From assembly GCF_006345805.1 (NCBI RefSeq), contig NC_043001.1, positions 111,042,001 to 111,106,000 of the forward strand: a DNA stretch of 64,000 nt, written 5' to 3'. This document shows, piece by piece, positions 12,500-26,584 of the stretch (positions are counted from its first letter, which is position 1; the number at the start of each line of letters is the position of its first letter). Origin of the DNA: Octopus sinensis (Eukaryota). The notes below the pieces were generated by a model. That model did not search any database, was not told the origin of the DNA, and worked only from the letters and a program-made list of their open reading frames with translations. Made by a program: the position numbers and the translations under genes.

Positions 12500-13890
12500 C
12501 TTGGAATCTGGCTGGTTCAAAATCTGAAGTCATATATCTTGACTTCAGTAAAGCATTCGACAGAGTCGACTATAGCAATCTACTGTCAAAATTGTCAAAT
12601 GATGGAATCCGTGGAAAACTATTAAACTGGGTTGAGTATTTCCTGGAGAATAGAACAAGACATATTGTGATCGGTGGAATCCACTCAAGCCCAGCAAAGA
12701 CCACCAGAACTCTCTTGGGCCCGCTTCTCCTAATAGTTTATATAAACGACCTTTCCAGAGTCATAAAATACAGTAACATGAAAATATTCGCCGATGATTC
12801 TAAGCTCTAGAAAATTATGAATGAATGAGAAGACCAAGTTGAATCCCTAGCTGATTTACATGGTGTGAGTCAATGGGCAGACAAAAACAAAATGCAACTA
12901 AACGAGGGAAAATTTGAGCCGATGCATTTTCGAAGGAAGTCTATGCTAAACCGGCCATACACTCTTCTTTCAGGGGCAGAGCATCTCATAATATCATAGA
13001 CCTAGGAGAAATTGTTGAAAACAATCTTACCTGGAGTGTCCATATCAACAAAAATGTCGATATAGCTCGTAAAATGAGATCCTGGATCCTAAGAGACTTC
13101 CGGTTCAAAGAACAAGATGCCATCACTTCTCTTTTCTCTTCTTTTGTACAGCCACACCTCGAATACTGCTGCCCCCTGTGGTCTCCCCATACAAAACAAA
13201 ACATTTCGAAAATTGGATCATCTCAGATGTCATTCACTAAAAGCATTAATGGCATAACTGATCTCAATTATTGTGACCACCTTAAAACACTATTCTCTCC
13301 AGCGCCACAGTGAGCGATATATCATTTGTACAATGTAGAGAATATACAACCAGCATTACCCGAACGACCTCAACATTAGTTTCAAAGTTCACCCAAGGCT
13401 AAGACAACAGGTCATACGGCCTCTGCCCAATTCAGGATCACAGCACTTAACTATATACTGCAACACAATTTCTTTTCCTTGACAAGCCCTGTAGTATATC
13501 ATCGGAGCATAAATTTACACACGTATATAAACCAGCTGTGACTGCAAAAGAATGACCTGAAACTAAAAGAACAGAAATATGAGGACATAGGAAAGCAATG
13601 TACTAGTATGACGCTAGGAGAAAGAAGAAAGCAGTTGCTTTAAGCTTCGAGCATAGCTCGTCTTCGGATAGGAAAAAAGATCAAAGTTGAAGAGGATCCC
13701 AACACCTTTAGAAGGAACCTGGACAAATTTCTTGACGGAATCCAACAAGAACTCCCTACTGGAATGGAGCATGATGCCACAAAGCTAGAGTTAAAAAGGA
13801 TGTAGCTAATCCTATCAGGTGGTGCTACTATGCTAGACATGGCCTGGATCAGTGTTTGGTCGAAACATATCCAAGTTATCTACGTTATAT
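12500..13890 (+). mobile_element. Decayed CR1-type LINE RT and 3' region
   Basis: VIYLDFSKAFDRVD, LGPLLLIVYINDL, IFADDSKL and VQPHLEYCCPLWSP; multiple stops and frameshifts. Confidence 0.85.
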
Positions 13891-13922
13891 ATAAACCTAT
13901 AAATAAACACTCATATATACAC

Positions 13923-13984
<62 letters not shown>

Positions 13985-14035
13985 CTTTATCTTTATCTAG
14001 TTTCAGCTCACGAGCTGTGGCCATGCTGGGGCACC

Positions 14036-14077
<42 letters not shown>

Positions 14078-14329
14078 ATATAATGCAACTTTGTTACTGT
14101 CTATCATTCAAAGCAAATGGTATGTTTCCAGTATCGTATTTAATGACATGTATGCATGTATCTGTATCGAATATGTGTGGTTTTCAAGAAAACTAACGAA
14201 CGAAATTGAATTAGTGAGATAAAAGTAGGAAAGGAGGGTTATGCATTAAAATGAAAATAAATTATTAATTTTGAGATCAGTCGAATGTTAAATTTATAGT
14301 TATTTCAAAAAGTAAATAGATATGTGTCT

Positions 14330-14850
14330 GTGTATATACAAACGCACACATGCATATACCACAAGCATACACACACATGCACACACAAACACATGCACAT
14401 AGTTAACACAAACACACACACACATCACAAACGCACACACACACAGTTATCACCACAGACACAGATGGTACCACTCATACAAAACCACCACGCACACTTA
14501 CACAGAAACACACACGCCACCACACATACACACGCTACCACACACACACACAGACGCTACCCTACCATCTTCGCACTCCCCATTCTCAGAAAGCACTCTT
14601 TCTTCATTCCTTCTAATTTCAGTACTTCAGAAATGTAACCTCACGTGGTCTGTTTGCGATTGCTTCTTCCTTCTTCTTTTCCCTTGCACTTTCCTCTTTT
14701 TTCCTATCCGAAGACGAGCTATGCTCGAAACTTAAAGCAACTGCTTTCTTCTTTCTCCTAGCGTCATACTAATACATTGCTTTCCTACGTCTTCATGTTT
14801 CTGCTTTTTTATTTCCTCTTTGTTTTTCTATAATTAAATACATACACACA
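14330..14850 (+). mobile_element. PLE-type terminal repeat (P1-related) with degenerate hammerhead at ~14706-14736
   Basis: CCGAAGA C GAGC TAT GCTC GAAAC; downstream gcgtcatactaatac is shared with 1560-1580. Confidence 0.5.
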
Positions 14851-14894
14851 CACCCACGCCCCCCCACACACACATGTATATATATATATACAGA

Positions 14895-14926
<32 letters not shown>

Positions 14927-14985
14927 CAGTTATATATACAAATACATATATATATAATATATATATATTATATATATATATACAG

Positions 14986-15045
<60 letters not shown>

Positions 15046-15394
15046 GACACATAGATAGATGGTACAAAGAGATATCATCATTGGTAGAAATAAGAGTAAA
15101 AACATCTCATTACCCACAAATGCACAATCTTAATAAGCAGACAAGGGAAGCAAACCTCCCTATGGTTGCAGACACAGCTATATCACCAGTGATTTCGAGT
15201 TTTGATGCTGAACATCATAATTCTCATTGTAGAAAAACGTCAGTACCACTTGGTACCTTCTACCACTTTAGTGACGTTTATATATTTGCTAATAAACCAC
15301 CCATATTATTCATAAATATGTGTTTGTGTGTGTGTGTGTTTGTGAGAGAGAGAGAGAGAGAGAGAGATCATGCGAGTTAACATGGTATACTTTG

Positions 15395-16245
15395 ACGACA
15401 ATCTCAGCTTCAGTTGATTAAGGTAACTTTTGCCCGACGAGTGAGAGGAAGTTGTGGTGAAAGAGTACAGCGAGGTTCACCCCCCACTCCCGCCGGAGCT
15501 TCGTGGAGCTCGGGTGTTTTTGCTGAATAAACACTCACAATGCCTGGTCTGAGAATCGAAACCGCGTTCTTACAAGCGCGAGTCCACTGCCCTAACCACT
15601 GGGCCATTGCGCCTCCACTCTGGTCGATGTAATCAACTAGCCCCACCCCTACCTTACTAGTTTTGTGCCATAATTTAAAGCCAATATTAATATGAAACCG
15701 TGAAGGAGTCCAAATTCCGCCTAGGTATATTTTACCTATTTCTTTACTACCCACAAGGGGGCTAAACACTGAGAGGACAAACAAGGACAGACAAACGGAT
15801 TAAGTCGATTATATCGACCCCAGTGCGTAACTGGTATTTATTTAAACCACCCCGAAAGGATGAAAGGCAAAGTCGATCTCGGCGGAATTTGAACATAGCG
15901 GCAAACAAAATACTGCGAAGCATTTCGCCCGGCGTGCTAACGTTTCTGCCAGCTCGCCGCCTTTTAAGAGAACAGCGGGGTTCACCACCCTACCCCGTTG
16001 GAGCCTCCTGAAGCTCATGTGTTTTTGCCCAATAAACACTCGCAAAGCCTGGTCTGGGAATCGAAACAGCGTTTTACGACCGCGAGTCCGCTGCCCTAAG
16101 CCCTGGGCCATTGCGCCTCCACTCTGGTCGATATAATCGACTAAACCCACCTCGACCTTGCTTGTTTTGTGCCAAAATTTAAAGCCAATATTAATATGAA
16201 ACCGTAGAGGAGTTCAAATTCCGCCGAGTTTTATTTTACCTTTCT
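15395..16245 (-). mobile_element. SINE cluster: family B (15395-15620, 15962-16125) and family A (15725-15962)
   Basis: Family B head reverse-complements to tggaggcgcaatggcccagtggttagggcag..gtttcgattc. Family A has the A/B-box head gctggcagaaacgttagc..gttcaaattccgccg. Confidence 0.85.
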
Positions 16246-17069
16246 ACCTCTCGATATTCATAAACGAAGTACCTGTTGAACACAGGTGTCGACGTAATCA
16301 ACGTATCTCTACCTGGGATTGCCGGTCTTGTGCCAAAATTTGAAACCGATATTTCCCGTTAATATGTACCTTTGAAGGTTTACCATTGATCTCATAATAG
16401 ATCACAAGTTCTGTGAGACAGGGGATTAGGCATATTCACGCATCCTTCTTCCTGTTTATATATTTAAGTAAATATTAGTGAAAATTCCATTGATATTTTA
16501 ATTAGATATACGGTGATCCAAGTGAGCAGTTCTGTCGAGTATATGATATATGATGTGATTGTCAAACATTCTCAAGAAGAGCACAAAGCAAATATTGTAA
16601 GTTCTCTCAATAAAATCGAATATTGTTGGTTTCCTATAATAAACAGTTATAATTTATTGAAATACTTTCCACTAACTGATGTTTAAAGGTAATGTATGTC
16701 TGTGTACGACTATAGTGTAGCGCGCAATGTAGTTAGGTTCACTTGTACATTCGGTTACGGCGGATTCTTTTCGTCTTATTTACATAGCTTAACGAGAGGT
16801 CAATATACATGAACCTCTAAATCTTTCTGTATCTGCTAGTGGTGAGTGGTTAATAAAATATATCTGGTTCTGTAAGGGAATGTAGTGAGCGCTTATAACT
16901 ACTTAAGCGCTTAAAAACACACACAAGCACACACGCACACACATTCATATCTGCATACACAACTATATCTATATGTAGTTATATACACATGCGTATATGT
17001 TAACAACATGTTCATTAAGAAGTTTGTACATTTGAATTCATGTATACATATAAAGAGATATATTCAAAC

Positions 17070-17442
17070 ACGTGTTGAAGCACTCCGTCGGTTACGACGA
17101 CGAGGGTTCCGGTTGATCCGATCAACGGAACAGCCTGCTCGTGAAATTAACGTGTAAGTGGCTGAGCACTCCACAGACACGTGTACCCTTAACGTAGTTC
17201 TCGGGGATATTCAGCGTAACACAGAGAGTGACAAGGCCGGCCCTTTGAAACAGGAAGTAAGAGTGAGAGAAAGTTGTGGTGAAAGAGTACAGCAGGGATC
17301 ACCCCCCCCCCTGCCGGAGCCTCGTGGAGCTTTTAGGTGTTTTCGCTCAATAAACACTCACAACGCCCGGTCTGGGAATCGAAACCGCGATCCTACGACC
17401 GCGAGTCCGCTGCCCTAACCACTGGGCCATTGCGCCTCCACA
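17070..17442 (-). mobile_element. SINE family B head with family F 3' module
   Basis: Head at 17250-17442; the 3' module matches the reverse complement of 57640-57730. Confidence 0.8.
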
Positions 17443-17664
17443 TTCAAACACGTATACACAGTGGTACACAAGTTTCCTTTTTGAAGTAACTGTAATTTAG
17501 CATTCGACTGATCTCAAAATTAATAATTTGTTCTCTTTTTCATACATATTTCTCATTCTCCATTTCCATTCCACATAAACGAGTTCACGCGTTACTTATA
17601 AAAACAGTGCTCCACAATGCGGCACACATGCCCAATATAATTTCAATACACTCATTCGTTTCTC

Positions 17665-18175
17665 ATTTCTTTATTGCCCACAAGGGGTTAAATATAGAGG
17701 GGACAAAGAAGGACAGACAAAGGGATTAAGTCGATTACAACGACCCCAGTTCTACTCTAGGCACAAGGACTGAAATTTTGGGGAAGGGGCAAGTCGGTTA
17801 CATCCAGATTCAGTCTCACTGCGTAGCAATTCGGACAAATCTTTCCCACTATACCCCCGGGCCTACCAATGGAAATTGAAAGAAACCCGTTTTACTCACA
17901 CACAAACATACACTATATACATATATATAGAGATATATTTAATATTTTAGTCGGTTATATGTTTCAGTCGCTTCACAGCGGCCACGCTGGAGTACCGCCT
18001 TTAGTCGAAGAAATCGACTCCAAGAATTATTCTTTGTAAGCGTGGTACTATTTCTACTAATTTTTGCCGAAACCCTAGTTTCAGGGACATAAACACATCA
18101 AGTGATAGTGTGGGTGGGTAGGTGGGGGAAAACAGACAGAGACGTACACATATAAATACACAAGCACACACGTAC

Positions 18176-18231
<56 letters not shown>

Positions 18232-18476
18232 CGGTTTGTGTCTGGTTCTCCCCACCCACCCGCACAATCACTTGACAACCGGTGTTGGTGTGTTTATGTT
18301 CCTGAAACTTACATATGTATGCACACACAGAGCACTTTCTTCATTTTCCATCTTTGCTAGGCCGAGTCTATTGTAAAAGAAATTTGCCGAAGGTGCCACG
18401 CAGACTGAACCGGAACCGTGTGGTTTGGAAGCAAGTTCCTTACCACATCACCACGCCTTTGTGTGTGTGTGTGTGT

Positions 18477-18507
<31 letters not shown>

Positions 18508-18950
18508 CGGTTTGTGTCTGGTTCTCCCCACCCACCCGCACAATCACTTGACAACCGGTGTTGGTGTGTTTATGTTCCTGAAACTTACATATGTATGCAC
18601 ACACAGAGCACTTTCTTCATTTTCCATCTTTGCTAGGCCCGAGTCTATTGTAAAAGAAATTTGCCGAAGGTGCCACGCAGACTGAACCCGGAACCGTGTG
18701 GTTTGGAAGCAAGTTCCTTACCACATCACCACGCCTTTGTGTGTGTGTGTGTGTGTGTGTCTGTGTCTGTGAGTATGTTTCAGTCAGCTTTTGACCTCTC
18801 CACTGCCTGCGAACCGTCGTCGGTGTGTTTGCGTTCCCGTAAAAGAAAAATAAATTGCACTGCGGTCGATTTGCTGGACTAAAATAAATCCCTAGGGTGG
18901 TACCGCAGGGTGGTCGCATTCTAATGACTGACACCAGAATTAAATAAAGA
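17665..18950. mobile_element. Cluster of SINE A and E fragments including a ~277-bp tandem duplication (18227-18740)
   Basis: Similarity to other copies in the window; two near-identical units separated by (GT)n. Confidence 0.75.
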
Positions 18951-21941
18951 AAAATTAAAAGATACATAAACACACACTATTAACCAGTTACAAAAATACA
19001 ATATTAGGCACACGGACACACACACACACATACAGACACACATACACACACACATACATACATACATACATACATACATACATACATACATACCTATATA
19101 AATACATACATACATATATACATACACGCATGCACGCAAGCAGCAACGCACACACGTACGCACGCACAAGGAGTTTGACAATCCAAAGCCATGCAATAGA
19201 ATCATTAAAATTCAAAGCAGCAGCTGATATAATTAATACTTGTGTGTGAGCTGTCATAGGGGAACACCCACACGTTTCCCAACCTGTTTTCTTTTATTTT
19301 TCCTTAATACTTTAGAAAGCTCGACTTAGTCAATATTTGTTTATGGAGTAGCTTCTGCCGAAATTCTCTGCCACTGTTGCAGCTAGCTTCTGCTACTGCT
19401 GCTGCTACTACTACTACTATCACAAATACTACTACTACTCTTACTACCTGAACGCCGATTTCATTCATATTAATATGAATTTACGTTCGTTAGCCACACC
19501 TACTACGTCCATTCTTTAACTCACGTTTATCTTCATTCAATTCAAGCGAAGCTCCTAATACCTTATGTGTAACTTGTATACGCCTTATTATTGCCACCAC
19601 TGCTACCAGCTTCAAACATAGTAATGATAAAAACTACCTATACCATAAATGGTGCCATCTGATACTCACCTACCGCTTCTCTCTTTCCTCCTATTCTTTC
19701 ACAAGTCCATGCTACATTTTTCACTGATTCTGTGAGCCAATAGCAGCTCTTCAAGTGTCCTGTAAACAGCTCACGTGTTAGCACCGCTACGTCTTGCAAC
19801 AATATGCACACATACATATACATACATACATGCACACAGACAAGCACTCACACACACACACACACACACATTTATATATATACAGACACACGCTCGTTCT
19901 ACGAGGAACACTCTAACCGCGCCCACAAGCACAGACAAAGCCACCCACGCATTCAACAGCATTGTCAGCATCATCATCGCGGCAGTCGTCATTACAGTAA
20001 TCGTAATCAATACCAACAGCAAGTAACACATTTGTCTTTGTTATCTGTACCGGAGACAACATCACTAAATTCTTCAGACAAGTACCACCTTTTGGAAAAC
20101 TCTGCGTGTAGTACACGTGACTTCACTACACAGCCAATCATAACCTCGTGTAAATATGATAATTCACAAAATAAATCACGTGCACAAACAGCTGCAATTC
20201 AATCGGAACCATCAACCATAGTTCTGTTCCCCAATAAATTCAGTAGCTGCCACGAAATTACGATCAAATCTATTGACAGAAAATTCTGTTCAACTTGTAA
20301 TTTTTTAAAATTTTATCTCGGCTTCACGCGTGTTCAATAAACTATACTCATTCATACAGCTAAATTTACCTGGAAAATACCACCAGAATTTTAAAACATA
20401 GTCCTAGATTGATTGATATAGGAATTGAAGTCTAGGCAAAAATTTTAACAATGTCCTTGAAAAATACTATCATTGCCACTATACATCAGCCGCAGCACCA
20501 GCAATACCCGCACAACAACTAACACACAATTTAGAAGTGTCTGTCTTTAATACGACTAAACATGTCAGTAATACGAACACCACTAAACTGATCATATCTA
20601 ATTTACCAGCAGTGTCTTTATAGTCGTGATACGGACTTTGAAGGCACGAACAAAGCAAACGTGGTCTAACAACTCCAGCCAGCCATTACCTGATTATAGC
20701 ACGGCAACATGAATGGACTCTGCTTGTAATAATTACTTTAGATAGTTATGTTGTCAGAAGATTATATAAACAGCCCTGTAGTTGTTACTAACATTCGCAC
20801 ACAGGTACATCTAGGATGATAGCTGAAGGAAGACAGAGCTGCATCAGTATTTACAATTGCATAGACCAAAGTAACAGGAAATGAAGTTCATTTCTCAAGG
20901 ACATGAAGCAAGCCCACCTGTTTCCGCCATTCAACTCACGTCATTATATTCATTAGGTGAAAACCCTAGCTTTCATAAAGTTTAATAGCAAAAACTTGAG
21001 TGATACTAGTACTGTCTTTACAAAGACCGTCGATTTTAGCGCGTATTCTACTAGCAGTATATCTGAGCCTATTGCAATACCATACCATATCACGCAATGC
21101 ATCGGACTAATATCATTAAAGCATTGTCTCTATCAAGACTGGCTCTAGCGTATTGAGCTGGGAAATTTTTTTTCACGATGTACAAAATGCTTAACGGGAG
21201 TTTCTCCAACTTATTACTTTCTGATATCAAATACCACCGGGTCACCTTTGTCTTTTATAATCTCGGAGTCGATAAAATAAGGTGGATTCTAGTACTTTGG
21301 TCGATTCAATAGACTAATCACTCACCTGAAATTACTGGTCTTATGCTAAAATTTGAAACCGGTATTATGACAGGCACAATCAATACAGCCACAAGTGTGG
21401 AAGCAACCACAATCAAGCGGTTACGAAGGTCGCTAATCTATACAGATTATTCAGTTTCACATAGCAAAAATTTCGAGAAATCTTTCAACTATTGCTTTCT
21501 GTCAATCAAAAGTCTAAGAGCGAAATTTGATGGATGAAAACTATTTTGAGAGAACCCCTTTTGTGCATGTGACTAACTGAGCCTACAAGTTCCATGATGC
21601 TCTCATCAAGTAACCCTTTGGTTTTTCTACTGTAGTTCGCTGTGCTATATACCTCCAGACCAGTCTTTCTGGTTGAGTATAACTAGGAAAAGGACTGGTT
21701 TTCTCAAAACCGGTCATAGGGACACTCCTTCCCGTTCTGTGATAGAGTTTTAATAAAATGATGTACCTCAATTCGTTATAATCATCTTCAAATTAATTTG
21801 GGCTATTAACATATATTACAAACATTTACAGCCACAAACTTACTCAAGCCAAAGCAATTGACACTATTACTCGAATTGATATCTCTTTTTGCTACGATCA
21901 CTACAAATATAACTAAGCCTCATATCAGCATTTATTTAGCG

Positions 21942-22325
21942 CTAACAGTATCGCCCGGCGTTGCTCGGGTTTGTTTGGACCCTTTAGAATTGGAATTTTT
22001 GAAAAGTAAAATTCTGCATTATGTAGCTTGTTATTCTCTTTAAGTGAACATTTTTCTGGTTGAAATACACCGAAACATGGCGACAGAGCAGTCAAAAAGT
22101 CGTAAAAAATAGTGATTTTCATAGAAAAAAAAGCACCTTTTTGATGTAAGTAATTTTTGGTGTTAACATGGCCAGATTTGAATTTATCTTCTATGGAATG
22201 AAGAGCAATCCTTCTTCTATCATACTCTTAATTTTGGTCAACTTGCGCCGTAGGGTCTCGGAGGAGATAGTGATAATTGAAGGCTGCCAAACCTGAAACA
22301 CACAGAACTTCAGCTTTGTATATAT
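21942..22325 (+). mobile_element. Non-autonomous Helitron-type element
   Basis: The 5' end ctaacagtatcgcccggcgttgctcggg, with a CCCG/CGGG hairpin, is shared with 29590. Ends ctttgtatatata. Confidence 0.55.
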
Positions 22326-23039
22326 ATATATATATATATAATATATATATATATAGATTATACCAAATTCGGCCAAAACATTTATTATGCGAATCAACTA
22401 TGAGTAAATTCTACACTCTGGTCGCTTTCGGTCTATGAATATTTCTATAGAGAGTAATACGATGGTTATATAGACATAACAATATTCTACTAAAAATAGT
22501 TCTTTTAATTTTAGTTCTTGTCTTGTTAATTTCAATAATTCATTTCTTTTATTCTTGCTTTCTGTTTCAATTTTTATTTCGCTTAAATTTATTCGATTTA
22601 TGGTCTGTTTGCTCAAATGTACGGTGTATTCTGTACAACATATAATGTATGTCACATTATCCTATTGGAGATTTGATTTATGAAAACAAATTTCCACAAC
22701 GCCCACTGACAGCAGTAATGTCCCATACCTGATATAATTATTGTTATATATTGACCATTATTTAATACTAGAAGCCGTCCCCATAGTGTTCCTGATAATG
22801 CTACATTTTTCTCCTGAACCACCACCGCCACTATGACTACGGCTTGCTACAAATATCATTGTTACTAACACGGATGTAACACTTACGCTGTCGAGAGCAT
22901 TATTTTTGTTTTATATCAGAAAAATTATTACTTTTAAGACATATTTCTGACAGCAGACTAAAGCAATACAAATAAAACAAAAGACTACTGCAGTTACAAT
23001 TATACAACCACCACTACCACCGCCAAAACCACTACTGCT

Positions 23040-23246
23040 ACTACTACTTATACTACTACTAATGCTGCTGCTACTAATGCTACTACTACTGCTACTGCTT
23101 CTACTACTACTACTACTACTACTACTGCTACTACTACTACTAATGCTGCTTCTACTACTACTACTAATGCTGCCTCTACTACTACTACTACTACTGCTTC
23201 TACTACTACTACAACTACTACTAATGCTGCTTCTACTACTACTACA

Positions 23247-23283
<37 letters not shown>

Positions 23284-23285
23284 AG
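23040..23285. repeat. Compound (CTA)n/(CTG)n microsatellite
   Basis: Direct reading. Confidence 0.95.
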
Positions 23286-23789
23286 TGATATTTGCCAAAT
23301 TGTAAGTGCCAGCTTAAAATTCTATCACCAAAATCACCACATTCATCAACATATTTAGTTAAATTCTATTAGCTGCAATACTTGCTAACTGCCAGCCACC
23401 TTATACACGTTGCCTGCTGCCTTTGCTAAAGATGCGGTTGTTAAATGTGCTATCAAGACCATTAACCCACCCCACTGCTACTAATAACCGCTGTATTCCT
23501 TCTCTTGTTCTCTCACATACGTCAGTTCTCCCAATTATGAAGTCAACCCAACAGGTATCAGAGCAATTATCACCAACGAACGAGTTTCATTCACCCTGAT
23601 TAATCGAGAGTCTACTAAATTCTCTCAGTCGCACCTTAAAGTGCGAGAAGTAAAACCAATTAATTGAGTAAGAGTTCCTGAGTTCTCTACACGAAGAAGA
23701 AAGGATATATATATATATAGTGGTTGTTTGAGTACTTTATTCATAGGACTAAAGGATTAAGCATCAACTACTGTTAAACTACAAGGAAA

Positions 23790-23895
23790 AGAATACCAAT
23801 ATTGCGAGTTCAATTCCAGGTCTTTGTTTAATAATAATAATAATAATAATAATATTGATAATAATAATAATAATGATGATAATAATAATAATAAC

Positions 23896-23926
<31 letters not shown>

Positions 23927-24060
23927 TAATAATAGCAAGAAAAATAACTTAGGAACTTGGGTTCAGATTTCTACCAGGATTTCTAACAAGATGAGGACAC
24001 ATATCTTTTCAATGTAAATAATGCAAATAAGATACAGAATTCTACATCTCTAAATATATA
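23790..24060 (+). mobile_element. Family C element (tRNA-like B box + (TAA)n + PLE-type tail), hammerhead deleted
   Basis: gagttcaattccagg, (AAT)n, cttaggaa..ggttc, aacaagatgaggacac..atgtaaataat match the reverse complement of 32483-32967. Confidence 0.65.
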
Positions 24061-24435
24061 TATATATATAAGGCTTAGTAAAATAAATTACTTTGCCACA
24101 TACTGAACTCATTAGAAATAGCAGCTAAAGAAATTTCTTCAGCTATTTCTAATACTTAAAGAAGATCTCTCTCAGATAGTACTTGCCTAAACCAACTCAC
24201 AAAGGTATGGGGGAAAAAACATTAAAAAATCAAGTGCAAAGGTTATTTGAGAACGTACGTTTCTAGATTAGTCAATTCGACATTTCTTTCGTCAGCTCAG
24301 AATTCCTTGAATCGGATTTGGGAACACTGATTTGGGAATAATGTAATATTTTGAATTCGCCTAAAATGGTCCCTTTACATACTGAATACTTGGTGAAATT
24401 GATTAATAATTAATTAATTTTACCCTCAATTGTTG

Positions 24436-24492
<57 letters not shown>

Positions 24493-24523
24493 TCGACCAA
24501 AGATTGGTCCAGGTCATGTCTAA

Positions 24524-24569
<46 letters not shown>

Positions 24570-24759
24570 TATATATATATATGTGAATAGAAAGATGAAT
24601 AATCTTGTAGTAGATTAATCAAATGTTTAACCGATACCTTATATATATATATATATATAAATTAACGCATGATAGCCAGTCAGGTAACCCACTTGAAAAC
24701 TTGAACATCGTTTGCGATAATGTATAGTAGGGAGAAAACAAAAAGAGTTTAAAATCTGT

Positions 24760-24950
24760 TTCTATACGCCGGGCGAAATGCTTAACAGTATTTCGTACGT
24801 CTTCATGTTTTGAGTTCAAATTCCGCCGAGATCGACTTTATCTTTGATGTTTTCGGGGCCGACAAAATACGTAGCAGTTGAACACTGAAGTCGCTATCAT
24901 CGACTTCCCTCCTCCCCCGAAATTACTGCTTCGAGTCAAAATTTGATACA
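24760..24950 (+). mobile_element. SINE family A (degraded)
   Basis: cgccgggcgaaatgctt..gagttcaaattccgccgagatcgacttt. Confidence 0.75.
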
Positions 24951-25802
24951 ATTAATTATATTTTTTACGCAGTTATGGTTAATTTGTGTCTAAATAGCAA
25001 CATCTATTAAAACACCGTGCATTTTCAGAGCTGAGAGCTAATATATGAATTATCACACTCTGTTAAACATATCAGCCAGGGGAGAAAAAATTAAGAATTA
25101 ATTACAAAATTATTTTAATAGCAATTATACAAATAGAAATGACAGCAAATACCTCGATGAAAACCGGGACAGGATTCAAGCAATAATATTCACTACGTTT
25201 GTTCACAAAATAAAAAAAAACATACAACAAAAATATCTTTATATGGAACATACTGAAACAGTACCGGAATAGGTGGTCGTAATATTAGTCGCAATCAATA
25301 CAAAAAATAATTAAATTTTAATTTTTTGTAGTTAAGGAACTAAAAAAATTATTGTTTGCATCATCGCTAGCTTTACACCATTATGTGGCACAAAAATCCC
25401 CAATGAATAGTCCACCATCTCGGTACGCATCAGCAATTGTTTGTTACAGCAGTGAACTCCAAAATAAGCAGTGTTTGTCATTATATGTACAAAACCCACA
25501 AATATCCAGAAATGCACAATAAATTAAAAAGAAAATTCTAAAATCTGATTGAAAGTGATATCCATCTTCCTAAGTTTATGCAATCACTCAAATAACAGTA
25601 ATATTAATAAATTTATTAATCTAAAGAACAATTCTATTTATGAATATTGAGAGGAAACACACTGGCTCTATAATGTCACATTCTCGACAACATCAGTTCT
25701 TGCAGCAAAAACTTTTTTCTTCATTGAGTACAAATACAGAAAACTTACCCATTCGTGTGGGTTTTGAAAAGTCAAACATCAGCATATTTATTTACAAGAA
25801 AC

Positions 25803-26210
25803 GGATCTTTTCGGTTTGAACGGCAGTTTTCAACATAATTTCTAGGTAACTAAAAAATTATAAACTTCGATTACTGGTAGAATGTGTATATAAAACATCT
25901 TTTCCTCTAGGCCTTATTGAGAAAATTCTATAGTTTGTAAGATATTTGTTGTTTTTTCTTCAATTTCTGCAATTTCAACCAATCAATGACCTCCATTGAG
26001 GTAAACAACATTCTGTGCCCTATGAATATGTCCGTCGTTTAAGAAACAGATTGGGTTGAATTAAATTTGTGAAGAAAAAGGATACCCTTCCCCCCACCCC
26101 TAACCCTAACATAGATTGAAATGCAATAGATCGATACTAGGGTCATAATTATGGGTGACAATTTCATATGACACCGCTAGAAAAAACTGCCGTTCAAACC
26201 GAAAAGATCC
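25803..26210. mobile_element. MITE with ~28-bp TIRs and probable 8-bp TSD
   Basis: ggatcttttcggtttgaacggcagtttt / aaaactgccgttcaaaccgaaaagatcc; flanks caagaaac / ccagaaac (7 of 8 match). Confidence 0.85.
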
Positions 26211-26584
26211 CCAGAAACTACTTCATTTTATTCTGATGGACGCTTTTACAGAATGTCGGCTTCATCTTTCCTTACCAACATGAATTTCTATGGTATAATT
26301 AACAGCAAATAGGGATGCCTTCTATTTTTCTGTCGAGGGTTATTTCTTTAGTCATTCCACGGTGATCGCCACAAGCTTTAAGCTTATATGAAAAATACCA
26401 TTATTATTATTTACAGGATTGTAAAAATAGGGCAACGTATAACAAAACTATTCGCACCGAAGGCATAACATGTTTATAGCCAAAATGAAACATTCAATAA
26501 TTATAGCTTTAACTAAAGAAGGTATAAAATACTGTTCGCTCTCATATTGGAAGTACTTGGGAACATGTTGGTTTTGTTTGTATA

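Noticed and set aside
19804-20340. 178-aa ORF
   Set aside because: Starts in a CA repeat, continues through low-complexity sequence, and has no recognisable domain.
21583-21771. Possible minus-strand exon (acceptor-like ctatcacag; GFEKTSPF..)
   Set aside because: No recognisable homology and no supported partner exons.
26092-26110. ccctaaccctaac telomere-like motif
   Set aside because: Only two units, internal to the MITE.
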